This document shows positions 40,826-48,501 of a stretch of 64,000 bases of DNA, one piece after another. Location: the IMG/VR virus record IMGVR_UViG_3300032893_000006, positions 70,338-134,337 of that record; one strand, given 5' to 3'. The notes beneath the pieces are model-generated. The model was not told where the DNA came from, did not search any database, and saw only the letters and a list, made by a program, of their open reading frames with translations. Within the stretch, counting starts at the first letter, position 1; every line of letters begins with the position of its first letter. The translations under genes and the position numbers were made by a program. This DNA comes from a virus.

Positions 40826-40906
40826 ATGAAGCTTTGCTTGTCCAGTTCGCGACTCTATTCCTCATTACTGAGGATGGGCTCGCCTTTTCTGGATCGCGGG
40901 ATATAA
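40826..40906 (+). CDS. Attenuator leader peptide 1 (MKLCLSSSRLYSSLLRMGSPFLDRGI; alternative start 40814)
   Basis: Codons CTT TGC TTG TCC AGT TCG CGA CTC TAT TCC TCA TTA CTG match the downstream Leu/Cys/Ser/Tyr tRNAs. Confidence 0.85.
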   Translation: MKLCLSSSRLYSSLLRMGSPFLDRGI

Positions 40907-40929
40907 GCTTCAGCGAATTTCAGAAAGAT

Positions 40930-40967
40930 GAGCCCTCAGACGCCAAGCGACTGGGGGCTTTTAGTTT
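40930..40967 (+). terminator. Attenuator terminator 1
   Basis: AGCCCTCAG/CTGGGGGCT stem plus T-rich tail; 5' arm also complementary to CTGAG-gat-GGGCTC at 40868..40881. Confidence 0.8.
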
Positions 40968-41050
40968 GCGGGATTGGCGGAATTGGAAGACGCAGTGGAC
41001 TTAAAATCCATCGGGCAACCGTAGGGGTTCAAGTCCCCTATCCCGCACCA
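40968..41050 (+). tRNA. trnL: tRNA-Leu(TAA)
   Basis: Cloverleaf; loop CTTAAAA; variable arm; encoded CCA. Confidence 0.95.
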
Positions 41051-41051
41051 T

Positions 41052-41127
41052 GTACCGGTACCCAAGTGGCTAAGGGAGCGGTCCGCAAAACCGTTATTCG
41101 CGAGTTCGATTCTCGCCCGGTACTCCA
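41052..41127 (+). tRNA. trnC: tRNA-Cys(GCA), C33
   Basis: Loop CCGCAAA; U73; CCA. Confidence 0.92.
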
Positions 41128-41138
41128 AGATTAGTTTT

Positions 41139-41221
41139 GCCCGGATGGTGGAATTGGCAGACACACTATCTTGAGGGGGTAGCGCGCAAGCGTGCCGGTT
41201 CAAGTCCGGCTCCGGGCACCA
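41139..41221 (+). tRNA. trnL: tRNA-Leu(GAG)
   Basis: Loop TTGAGGG; CCA. Confidence 0.95.
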
Positions 41222-41226
41222 AAGTT

Positions 41227-41326
41227 GTACGGAAGTGGCGAAACTGGCAGACGCGCACGCGTGTGCTCTGCGGTGTGCTAGGCACACTTAAAGAGCGTGA
41301 AGGTTCGAGTCCTTCCTTCTGTACAG
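41227..41326 (+). ncRNA. Leu-type tRNA-like RNA with aberrant anticodon region
   Basis: Acceptor ACGGAAG/CTTCTGT, Leu-like D arm, intact T arm; no 7-nt anticodon loop; no CCA. Confidence 0.7.
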
Positions 41327-41332
41327 CAATGT

Positions 41333-41415
<83 letters not shown>

Positions 41416-41432
41416 AGTTGAAGTTGAGTAGT

Positions 41433-41517
41433 GGCTCCGTGGCGGAATTGGAAGACGCGTTGGCCTTAGGCACCAATGCCCACGGGCGTAAGGGTTCGAG
41501 TCCCTTCGGGGCCACCA
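41433..41517 (+). tRNA. trnL: tRNA-Leu(TAG)
   Basis: Loop CTTAGGC; CCA. Confidence 0.92.
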
Positions 41518-41558
41518 AAGTTTGAATAAAAATTATGCGTAATCAGCATGATTTTTAT

Positions 41559-41641
41559 GCCGTCGTGGTGGAATTGGAATACACAGCGCACTCAAAACGC
41601 GCCGCGAAAGCATAGGGGTTCGAGCCCCCTCGACGGCACCA
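41559..41641 (+). tRNA. trnL: tRNA-Leu(CAA)
   Basis: Loop CTCAAAA; CCA. Confidence 0.93.
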
Positions 41642-41644
41642 AGT

Positions 41645-41734
41645 TCTGGTACTTGCCATGTGGCGAAAGCGACGAGAGTCAGAACAATGGCAAACGTGTT
41701 TCACGGAGCAACATCGACCTTGCGGGTTCAAGTC
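41645..41734 (+). ncRNA. tRNA-like RNA with about 16-bp terminal stem
   Basis: TCTGGTACTTGCCATG/CATGGTGAGTACCAGA; T arm GCGGG-TTCAAGT-CCCGT; no assignable anticodon. Confidence 0.6.
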
Positions 41735-41761
41735 CCGTCATGGTGAGTACCAGAGAGTTTT

Positions 41762-41849
41762 GGAGACGTAGGAAAATGGTTAATCCAGCAGGTTGCTAAC
41801 CTGCCAAAGCCTTCGGGCTGTGCGCGTTCGAGTCGCGCCGTCTCCTCCA
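41762..41849 (+). tRNA. trnS: tRNA-Ser(GCT), U73
   Basis: Loop TTGCTAA; long variable arm; CCA. Confidence 0.93.
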
Positions 41850-41887
41850 GTTTGGGCATAAGAATGGCAATCTTATGCCATAAGTTT

Positions 41888-41975
41888 GGAAGGGTGAGCG
41901 GAATGGTATCGCCCCGCATTGGAAATGCGGCTCACGTGAAAGCGTGTGCGGGTTCGAATCCTGCCCCTTCCGCCA
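41888..41975 (+). tRNA. trnS: tRNA-Ser(GGA)
   Basis: Loop TTGGAAA; CCA. Confidence 0.93.
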
Positions 41976-41993
41976 GTTTGATAGAGTCAAGTA

Positions 41994-42197
41994 ATGGCTG
42001 AAGACATAATCACTTTCTCTTCGGAGCAAGACAGCGATGGCAAGTGGTCGCTGGTTTATCGCGACAAGTACAAGACGTTCAAATACGCGACGCGATACGC
42101 AACTGAGAAAGAAGCTGAGGAAGCAATGCCAGAAGTTTGGGCAACGGTGCTGTCACTGATTGAAGAGGTCGGCGGCAGAATCGTTCAGGACTCGTAG
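41994..42197 (+). CDS. Small acidic hypothetical protein
   Basis: 67-aa ORF fitting exactly between two tRNAs. Confidence 0.55.
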   Translation: MAEDIITFSSEQDSDGKWSLVYRDKYKTFKYATRYATEKEAEEAMPEVWATVLSLIEEVGGRIVQDS

Positions 42198-42209
42198 AGT
42201 CCAGAGTTT

Positions 42210-42299
42210 GGATAGGTGGCAGAGTCTGCTTTATTGCACACGCCTCGAAAGCGTACGTGCCTTCGGGCACCGTGGGTTGAAATCCCACCCTATCCGCCA
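42210..42299 (+). tRNA. trnS: tRNA-Ser(CGA)
   Basis: Loop CTCGAAA; T loop TTGAAAT variant; CCA. Confidence 0.88.
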
Positions 42300-42303
42300 G
42301 TTC

Positions 42304-42391
42304 GGAGAGATGGCCGAGTGGTTTAAGGCACCGGTCTTGAAAACCGACGAACCGAAAGGTTCCGTGAGTTCGAATCTCACTCTCTCCGCCA
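42304..42391 (+). tRNA. trnS: tRNA-Ser(TGA)
   Basis: Loop CTTGAAA; CCA. Confidence 0.96.
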
Positions 42392-42397
42392 AATTGT

Positions 42398-42486
42398 GCA
42401 GGCGAGTCAGATACGGTTGGCTGTGCCGGTCCGTAAAACCGGATCACTTAGTGACGTTGGGGGTTCGAATCCCTCCGCCTGCACCA
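42398..42486 (+). tRNA. trnY: tRNA-Tyr(GTA), C33
   Basis: Loop CCGTAAA; variable arm; CCA. Confidence 0.9.
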
Positions 42487-42906
42487 TTAAATTTCTGTGT
42501 TGTACCAGCGGATCAGCTTCTTAAATAGACTTAGCCTGATAATCATCGAGCAGTCTGTGTTCTTGCGCCACGGACGAAGAAGCATCATAGTAGGCATTTT
42601 CTTGTAGAAAGATTTTCCACGTTTTCTCGATCCGACATACCCCACAATTTCAACTGCCCACGATCCAAGCAGACGGCAAAAACAGGTGCTATCCGGAGTC
42701 AGAGTTGATACATCAAATGTGTCAACAAACGCTGCAGCTTTGCGGAAATCCTTGATCGGCATCAGGACATCTGCACGGCACAATCCGTTGGCTAAAAGAA
42801 ACCACATCCTCTCACCGTCAGCAGTCACGCGAGCCTCAAGTTCCGGGGTTTCGAATACCGCATACGCAACGTCCCAGTTGAACCCAGTTAAGTCACGAGG
42901 TTTCAT
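42487..42906 (-). CDS. Hypothetical protein
   Basis: MKPRDLTG start overlapping the end of the AAA gene. Confidence 0.5.
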   Translation of the reverse strand: MKPRDLTGFNWDVAYAVFETPELEARVTADGERMWFLLANGLCRADVLMPIKDFRKAAAFVDTFDVSTLTPDSTCFCRLLGSWAVEIVGYVGSRKRGKSFYKKMPTMMLLRPWRKNTDCSMIIRLSLFKKLIRWYNTEI

Positions 42907-44098
42907 ATTCCACCATTTCTTTTCCGAACAGCAGTTCCTGTGCCTCGGCAATCGTAGTCTGCTCCGGCAGCAGCGCACGGAATTCAGGATAATCCGGAAT
43001 AGTAAACATCTTCTGCGCCCGGGCGTGGAACTTTACAAGCTGCTCATCGTCTGCCCACGACAAGTGAAATTCGCGGTCAATGCGTCCCTTCCGTAGAAGC
43101 GCTGAATCAAGGCGACCCCGGTGATTGGTCGTCATGATAAGTACGCGGCCTTCCGTGGCGACGACACCATCGATCACGTTCAGAAGGTCAGAAGTAATGA
43201 TCCCTTTCGGGGCATCTTTGTCTTCCTGACGCTGGCGTGCAGCCGGAACGCAGTCGACGTCCTCGATCAGCAGAATTGCTCGACTGGTGACGGAATTAAA
43301 AAGACGCTGCAACTCTTCAGGGCGCTCGACCGAAGAGAGATTCAGAAAATAGATTGGTATCTCCAGCACCGTGGCCAGAGCTTGGACGAATGAAGATTTG
43401 CCGGTTCCCGGGGGGCCATGCAGGAGATAGCCGCGCCGCCACGGAATTCCAAGCGAGCGATACTGGTCCCGACTCCTCATAAACTTTTGCGCGTCTGTAA
43501 GCATTGTCTCTGACGTCGATGGCGGTAGATAGATTGTGTCGAGGGGCCGGGGAGAGATGTCGCGGCTGCTCCACCATCCGCCTTCGTTGTAATAGAGGAT
43601 AAGCCGTTTTTCGAGACCACCATAGAACTCATTTTTTGCTTCGTCAAGAAGCTCGGTGATGATCGCGCGATCCAGCGTGCCCCAGATTGATATCCTGATC
43701 GTGCGCCGTGGACGAATAAGCGTGGCAGCGCCGGGGTTGTCTGTACCCTCTTTCAATGAACTGAAGATCAACAAGTAGCGCTTACGGAAACGCAGATAGT
43801 AGGTGCCGTAGTGGGGAACCATCTGGTACACAACCGACTCGCGTTCAATTTGACGTCGCAGCAAGAGGTCGGTGATTTTCTTTGCACGAATGCGCTTTTC
43901 CGCCCATAGGCTCAGCCATGTGTAGGGGTCTTCTGTTTCTGCTTCTTCAATGGTTAAAGCTACATAGAATTTTCGAACCACAAACCCGAACGTGTGGTTG
44001 TAAACGCCATGCCAAAAATTCTTGATCCATCCGAGAGCAGCGCCGCCGACCAATAAAAGCCAAGGCGGAAACGCCTGAGAAAGAAATTGCCAATTCAT
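42893..44098 (-). CDS. BCS1-like AAA+ ATPase
   Basis: N-terminal TM segment; IPWRRGYLLHGPPGTGKSS Walker A; LLIEDVD Walker B; LNVIDGV; DSALLRKGRID. Confidence 0.9.
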   Translation of the reverse strand: MNWQFLSQAFPPWLLLVGGAALGWIKNFWHGVYNHTFGFVVRKFYVALTIEEAETEDPYTWLSLWAEKRIRAKKITDLLLRRQIERESVVYQMVPHYGTYYLRFRKRYLLIFSSLKEGTDNPGAATLIRPRRTIRISIWGTLDRAIITELLDEAKNEFYGGLEKRLILYYNEGGWWSSRDISPRPLDTIYLPPSTSETMLTDAQKFMRSRDQYRSLGIPWRRGYLLHGPPGTGKSSFVQALATVLEIPIYFLNLSSVERPEELQRLFNSVTSRAILLIEDVDCVPAARQRQEDKDAPKGIITSDLLNVIDGVVATEGRVLIMTTNHRGRLDSALLRKGRIDREFHLSWADDEQLVKFHARAQKMFTIPDYPEFRALLPEQTTIAEAQELLFGKEMVEYETS

Positions 44099-44279
44099 AA
44101 CGGTGAGTGTATCTAAAAAGCCGATAGTCAGCTAGAAATATTCACACCGCTGCTGCCGCAGGCTGTGCTAGAGTGCCTGCATGTGGCACCACCACTATCG
44201 CCGCCTAAGTTTTATCAAGATCGGCTTCGTGCGCCGCGTCCACCCCATCCATCACCACCACATTGAAGGAGAAGAAATC

Positions 44280-44600
44280 ATGGCATTCGCCCAAGGTCCA
44301 ATCACCCTACAGGTCGGACAGTCTGCTGAAGCGGAACTGCTCGGCTTCGATCAAAATGGAAATCCGATGCCCTTGCCTGCAGGCGCTACGGTGTCCTACA
44401 GCATCGACGCGCCATCCGTCGCAACGTCGACACCAAACTCAGACGGCCAGACCGATGAGGTTGCTGCCGTTAGTGCTGGCACGGCAAACCTGACCGCGAG
44501 CGTGACCGGACCGAACGGTGTTCTTTCCGATACCGAGACGGTTACTGTGACGGTTCCTCAGGTTCTTACGAGCGTGAAGCTAGCGTTCCAAGCGAACTAA
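44280..44600 (+). CDS. Single Ig-like (Big_2-type) domain protein
   Basis: GAAGGAG RBS; LQVGQS...YSIDAPSVAT...AVSAGTANLTASV. Confidence 0.75.
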   Translation: MAFAQGPITLQVGQSAEAELLGFDQNGNPMPLPAGATVSYSIDAPSVATSTPNSDGQTDEVAAVSAGTANLTASVTGPNGVLSDTETVTVTVPQVLTSVKLAFQAN

Positions 44601-44627
44601 CCAAGCACTTCAGTAAGCAGATTGAGT

Positions 44628-44658
44628 AAAGGGCCGACTTCTAAGAGTCGGCCCTTTT
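44628..44658 (+). terminator. Rho-independent terminator
   Basis: AAAGGGCCGACT/AGTCGGCCCTTTT. Confidence 0.85.
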
Positions 44659-44697
44659 GCGTGGCGAGAAAATAAGAACAGTGCTAAAATTGCGAGC

Positions 44698-44919
44698 ATG
44701 AAAATGAGCCTAAAGGTCACGATTCCAGACGATCTCGCCAAAGAGTTTTTACAGATGATTCGCGACTTCGATACCAAGCACGATCCGAATCATGAGGACA
44801 AGGTCACCTTGCAGGTGTTTGCTGAAGGTGGCCTGACGGTCGAGGAGATGAGCGAGATTCTGGACTCCATGACGCCCAAGATGGAACACAAGTGTGTTGT
44901 AAGAGCGGACGCCGAATAA
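44698..44919 (+). CDS. Small hypothetical protein
   Basis: 73-aa ORF. Confidence 0.5.
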   Translation: MKMSLKVTIPDDLAKEFLQMIRDFDTKHDPNHEDKVTLQVFAEGGLTVEEMSEILDSMTPKMEHKCVVRADAE

Positions 44920-44920
44920 T

Positions 44921-44949
44921 TTGCACGCGCGTAGTTTCCGTGGTACATT
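44921..44949 (+). promoter_or_regulatory. Sigma70-type promoter directly upstream of tRNA-fMet
   Basis: TTGCAC-N17-TACATT; no leader ORF or terminator before the tRNA. Confidence 0.7.
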
Positions 44950-44955
44950 ATGGAA

Positions 44956-45034
44956 CGCGGGGTAGAGCAGTCTGGTTGTGCTCGCTTGGCTCATAACCAA
45001 GAGGTCGATGGTTCAAATCCATCTCCCGCAACCA
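44956..45034 (+). tRNA. trnfM: Initiator-type tRNA-Met(CAT)
   Basis: C1:A72 mismatch; loop CTCATAA; only two of the three G-C anticodon-stem pairs. Confidence 0.88.
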
Positions 45035-45041
45035 TTTTCAC

Positions 45042-45117
45042 GCAACCGTAGCATAGCGGCCAGTGCACTTGATTGTCGATCAAGCTTACGCCGGTTCGAA
45101 TCCGGTCGGTTGCGCCA
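45042..45117 (+). tRNA. trnD: tRNA-Asp(GTC)
   Basis: Loop TTGTCGA; G73; CCA. Confidence 0.92.
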
Positions 45118-45138
45118 TAGTTTTCCGGGGAATGATGA

Positions 45139-45333
45139 ATGGGTTGGGCGAATGGCGATAGAGAGATAGTCGTAGAAGGTCGCATTTGTCTCAGTAAGAC
45201 AAAGAGTGTCTTCTACGATCTCGATAAGGTCTTCAACCGCATAGTCCACACGGAAAAAAGAATTGCGTTGCTGAAATACACGCATGAGATCGGCAAGCTG
45301 CTCGACAGGATCGAGCAGGACTTGTACCGCTAA
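45139..45333 (+). CDS. Small hypothetical protein
   Basis: 64-aa ORF. Confidence 0.4.
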   Translation: MGWANGDREIVVEGRICLSKTKSVFYDLDKVFNRIVHTEKRIALLKYTHEIGKLLDRIEQDLYR

Positions 45334-45381
45334 ACTTCAACCGAATCGAGGTTACCCATGAAAACTCTCTAGGAAAGTGAG

Positions 45382-45579
45382 GTGAGAATCTTCATGGGTA
45401 ACGCTCATGCGTGGCGGCACCGGAGCGGACGTGGTAATCCTTGTCCGACCGGATGTCTCTATTGCAAGATGCGCCCTAAGAGTGGCGAGCCGGGGTCTCG
45501 GCAGAAGCACTACAGCAACAAGACCAGCCGTGGCCGTCATTGTCCGAGGGGCAGGAACGCAAACAAGAAAAAGAAGTGA
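45382..45579 (+). CDS. Small Arg/Lys-rich protein
   Basis: GAGGTG RBS; CPTGCLYC. Confidence 0.4.
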   Translation: MRIFMGNAHAWRHRSGRGNPCPTGCLYCKMRPKSGEPGSRQKHYSNKTSRGRHCPRGRNANKKKK

Positions 45580-45945
45580 TTGAGTTACGCACGTCAACAC
45601 TGAGGTGAAGGGATTTCGGACGCGGGTTCGAATCCCGCCGAGTCCACCAAGAAGCACACAAGAGGTACGGAGCCAGATACTCTAAAGCCCGTGGGCAATG
45701 TCCTAACCGGACCGGAGTCGCAACGCTGGCCGAGGAGTGCTACCGTGTGTGTTTCTTTGTGGGCTCGTCAAGGTTTCGACGGGATCAATGATCCTCAGCT
45801 TCGTGCCGGAGTAGTATGCCCACCGTAACGGGAATGCAACCAATAAGTGCTGAGGACAATGCACTGCCGATGGCTGCTTAATCACCAGCTATCCAAGGTT
45901 TGGCCACGTTCCTTGTTAAGCAATACGTGGCGATTGATCCGGGGG
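45580..45945 (+). ncRNA. ssrA: Circularly permuted (two-piece) tmRNA; tag AEDNALPMAA; outer ends approximate
   Basis: T arm plus CGAGTCC-A-CCA (ends 45649) precedes the 5' strand GGGCTCG (45761) with G3:U70; tag ORF 45849..45881 after AATAAGT. Confidence 0.92.
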
Positions 45946-45946
45946 A

Positions 45947-46315
45947 ATGATGCCACTACGTTCAAACGATCTCATCAAGGCGTTCACTGAGAACGACAAG
46001 TTTGTCGTCGACTCGAACGGCGTGAAGTCCCTTGAGCTTGACGGCAAGAAGTATCCCTGCACCGGCTACATCGGTCAGGTGAAGTCAGGCTACATGTGTC
46101 AGAATGACTTTCAGCACGAGGTCGGCGATGCTCCAGCGACCGGCCCGGTCTGCGACTCTGTTGAGAGCTTGGTTGCAAGCCATCCATGTGTGAAAGAATG
46201 TGGGTGGGTTCGAGTCTTGCTGATTGCAGTGGAGCATGGCGATGCCAGAGAATCGGAAGAGGAAACAAAACAAGAAGAAAATCAAACGTCGGCGGGAAAT
46301 TCAATCACAAGTTGA
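45947..46315 (+). CDS. Hypothetical protein
   Basis: 122-aa ORF with GGGGG RBS. Confidence 0.5.
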   Translation: MMPLRSNDLIKAFTENDKFVVDSNGVKSLELDGKKYPCTGYIGQVKSGYMCQNDFQHEVGDAPATGPVCDSVESLVASHPCVKECGWVRVLLIAVEHGDARESEEETKQEENQTSAGNSITS

Positions 46316-46487
46316 TCGCTGCCGCAAAATTTTGTTGGAATCTGCGTTTCCGCGTCGCACGGTCCAGAAGACATGGGTTCCGACGACACCTCCTGCTTGG
46401 GCTACGGTTGATCCCCTTACTGGCAAGGTGATCTCCCTATCGACCTTTAATGCAGGTTCTGGGTATACTAATAAAGCTGGATTCGTG

Positions 46488-46562
46488 GCGTCGCCGTCTA
46501 GTGGTATGGACCCCTGATTCTCAATCAGGTGACCGTGGGTTCGATCCCCACCGGGAGTACCA
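46488..46562 (+). pseudogene. tRNA-Glu(CTC) with unpaired acceptor stem
   Basis: D, anticodon (TTCTCAA) and T arms and CCA intact; 5' strand does not pair with CGGGAGT. Confidence 0.7.
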
Positions 46563-46568
46563 GAATTT

Positions 46569-46835
46569 ATGAAACTCGAATTCATTCCGTGGTCAGAAAA
46601 CGTCGAAATTCAACTGTGCGATGACGACGGTTCCGTCATCGACAAGTTGTATACAGCGAATACAGAGATCGTTGTATCCAATCCCGGAGCAGATGCGGAG
46701 CACCTTTTTCATTACATGGATTGTGTACTTACGAAGCCAAGGATTGGTGGTGCTTTTGCCGATTATCACCCCTACTGGAAAGAACGCGAGGGAAAGCGAG
46801 CGGCCAGAGCGGCGAAGCTCGGACTGACGCAATAA
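46569..46835 (+). CDS. Hypothetical protein
   Basis: 88-aa ORF followed by a terminator. Confidence 0.55.
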   Translation: MKLEFIPWSENVEIQLCDDDGSVIDKLYTANTEIVVSNPGADAEHLFHYMDCVLTKPRIGGAFADYHPYWKEREGKRAARAAKLGLTQ

Positions 46836-46862
46836 AGCCGCCCAAACATCGGGCGGCTTTAT
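46834..46862. terminator. Bidirectional terminator
   Basis: AAAGCCGCCC/GGGCGGCTTT between convergent genes. Confidence 0.8.
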
Positions 46863-46897
46863 TGGGGATAGAGCACCTCTCGTAAGGTGATTTGATT

Positions 46898-48121
46898 TTA
46901 CGCTGCGCGCTTCAGCAGTGACAAGTGGATGAGTTTGCCGCCCAGTTCCACCGCTTCGCCGATGTGGCTGGCGCTGGTGAGGCCGGTGATGACCACCCGG
47001 TCGTTGCCATCTGCCTTGTGCTCGAAGATCACGTTCGCATCGAAGCTCTGAGCCAAGACCCGTGTGACCTGTTCGATGGCCTTCTCGGGCTTGTACTCGA
47101 ACACATCTTCCTGCTCTTCCTTGATGAGTTCGGTGCCCATGCGCTTCACGCTGTCCTTGTGGAGCGCTGCCCATGACTGATGAACTTCGAACAGTTCGAT
47201 GGTCTCGACGCCGCGATCCGTGATGAGCGAGATTCCCACCTGATCGTCATGAAGCTTGACCTTGCTGAGAATGTCATCGAGGTTCGCGGTGAAGATCGTG
47301 TCGTTGGCGACATAGCTGTCACGCGGCGGAGCAGCAGTGGCGGTGCGAATTAGTGGCGGAGCGAAAGGCGGCGATCCAGCAGATGCTCTCGCACTGCCAC
47401 GAATACCACCGGCACGCATCGGCCCGGAAGAACTGGTAGTGAAGCGCGGACGTGGTTGAGCGGATTCGAGCCGTGCTCTCAAGCTATCGAGGCCACCACC
47501 GCGAATCGGCTCGGCGGGTTCGAGACCTGCTTTTTCCATAGTAAAAGCGCCCAAGCCAGCGTCGGCGACGAAGCAGGTTGACTTCATCATATTGCTTGTG
47601 CTGACCATGTTCCAGTACGTGGTCTGGTCGAGCGGTGTATATCCAGCACCATACACGCCACGCTCGACATCGAGAGAGATCGTGCCGTGATAGCCGAAGT
47701 TGGCACCGCCACGAATTCCGTGCGAGGCGTGAACGCAGCGCGCATCGAGAGCAACTTCCTTGCCGGGGAACAGGATCGCGCTGCGCGTAATCGTGCGGCT
47801 CTGCGTTCCCTTTCCGGCGAACACAGTGCCGGAGCGAACGAAGACTTTTTGGTCGGTGTTGTTTTTGAGATTGACCTTGTTGATCATTCCCGAGTCAATT
47901 GCGGTGACTCCATCGGTCTCGGGATAGGTCAGGTAGTCGCGGCCAATTTCGCCATCGCGCAGGATCGGAAGAATCACAGCGAGCGCCTTGTCTTCCACGC
48001 GCTTGGGCTTGCCGAAGTGAAATCCCATGGCCTGCCCGATGAGGGTATCCATGATGTTGTCGAGGTTGACGGCTTGGTACTTGGTGAGGGCGGACGTAGA
48101 GGTACGGCGGATTGGTGCCAT
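46898..48121 (-). CDS. ARPP-1 / DUF6569-like protein
   Basis: VNLKNNTDQKVFVRSGTVFAGKGTQSR...ARCVHA pattern recognised from memory. Confidence 0.6.
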   Translation of the reverse strand: MAPIRRTSTSALTKYQAVNLDNIMDTLIGQAMGFHFGKPKRVEDKALAVILPILRDGEIGRDYLTYPETDGVTAIDSGMINKVNLKNNTDQKVFVRSGTVFAGKGTQSRTITRSAILFPGKEVALDARCVHASHGIRGGANFGYHGTISLDVERGVYGAGYTPLDQTTYWNMVSTSNMMKSTCFVADAGLGAFTMEKAGLEPAEPIRGGGLDSLRARLESAQPRPRFTTSSSGPMRAGGIRGSARASAGSPPFAPPLIRTATAAPPRDSYVANDTIFTANLDDILSKVKLHDDQVGISLITDRGVETIELFEVHQSWAALHKDSVKRMGTELIKEEQEDVFEYKPEKAIEQVTRVLAQSFDANVIFEHKADGNDRVVITGLTSASHIGEAVELGGKLIHLSLLKRAA

Positions 48122-48179
48122 GGAAGGTACTCCTTTTGTGGTCGAGTGGCCGTGGTTCTCCACGGTTCGACTTTGACTG

Positions 48180-48249
48180 ATAGTAGGCTAAATCTTGGAT
48201 TTGTCAAGAAAAATAGCCATTGACAAACTGCGGCCATCCGGGGTACTGT
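48180..48249. promoter_or_regulatory. Back-to-back divergent sigma70-type promoters
   Basis: Minus: TTGACA(48207)-N16-TACTAT; plus: TTGACA(48220)-N18-TACTGT. Confidence 0.7.
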
Positions 48250-48258
48250 GGAAAAGTC

Positions 48259-48333
48259 ATGAGATTGAACCGAGCCAATTCGAATCATCCAGCGCAAACG
48301 GTGGCAACACCGTTTCAGGGTGGTCGTATGTAG
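48259..48333 (+). CDS. Attenuator leader peptide 2 (MRLNRANSNHPAQTVATPFQGGRM)
   Basis: Codons AAC AAT CAT CCA GCG CAA ACG GCA ACA CCG TTT CAG GGT CGT match cluster 2 anticodons. Confidence 0.88.
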   Translation: MRLNRANSNHPAQTVATPFQGGRM

Positions 48334-48376
48334 GCTCGGCCTATTCATCGCAGCTTCGAGAAGCACGATGGGGAAG

Positions 48377-48411
48377 AAGGTCCGAGCCGAATGGTTCGGA
48401 CCTTTTGTTTT
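48377..48411 (+). terminator. Attenuator terminator 2
   Basis: AAGGTCCGAGCC/GGTTCGGACCTT plus TTGTTTT; 5' arm complementary to GGCTCGGCCT at 48333..48342. Confidence 0.85.
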
Positions 48412-48421
48412 GCGAGTTTAT

Positions 48422-48496
48422 TCCGGGGTAGCTCAAAGGCAGAGCGTCTGGCTGTTAACCAGATCGTTGGGGGTTCGAGTCCCTCCTCCGGAGCCA
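48422..48496 (+). tRNA. trnN: tRNA-Asn(GTT)
   Basis: Loop CTGTTAA; CCA. Confidence 0.96.
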
Positions 48497-48501
48497 GTTT
48501 A

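Noticed and set aside
41645-41734. Selenocysteine tRNA
   Set aside because: No TCA anticodon in a proper 7-nt loop, no long variable arm, and no sel genes in the window.
45650-45760. Twister-type ribozyme in the tmRNA intervening segment
   Set aside because: Only scattered short motif resemblance; order and pairing do not fit the consensus by eye.
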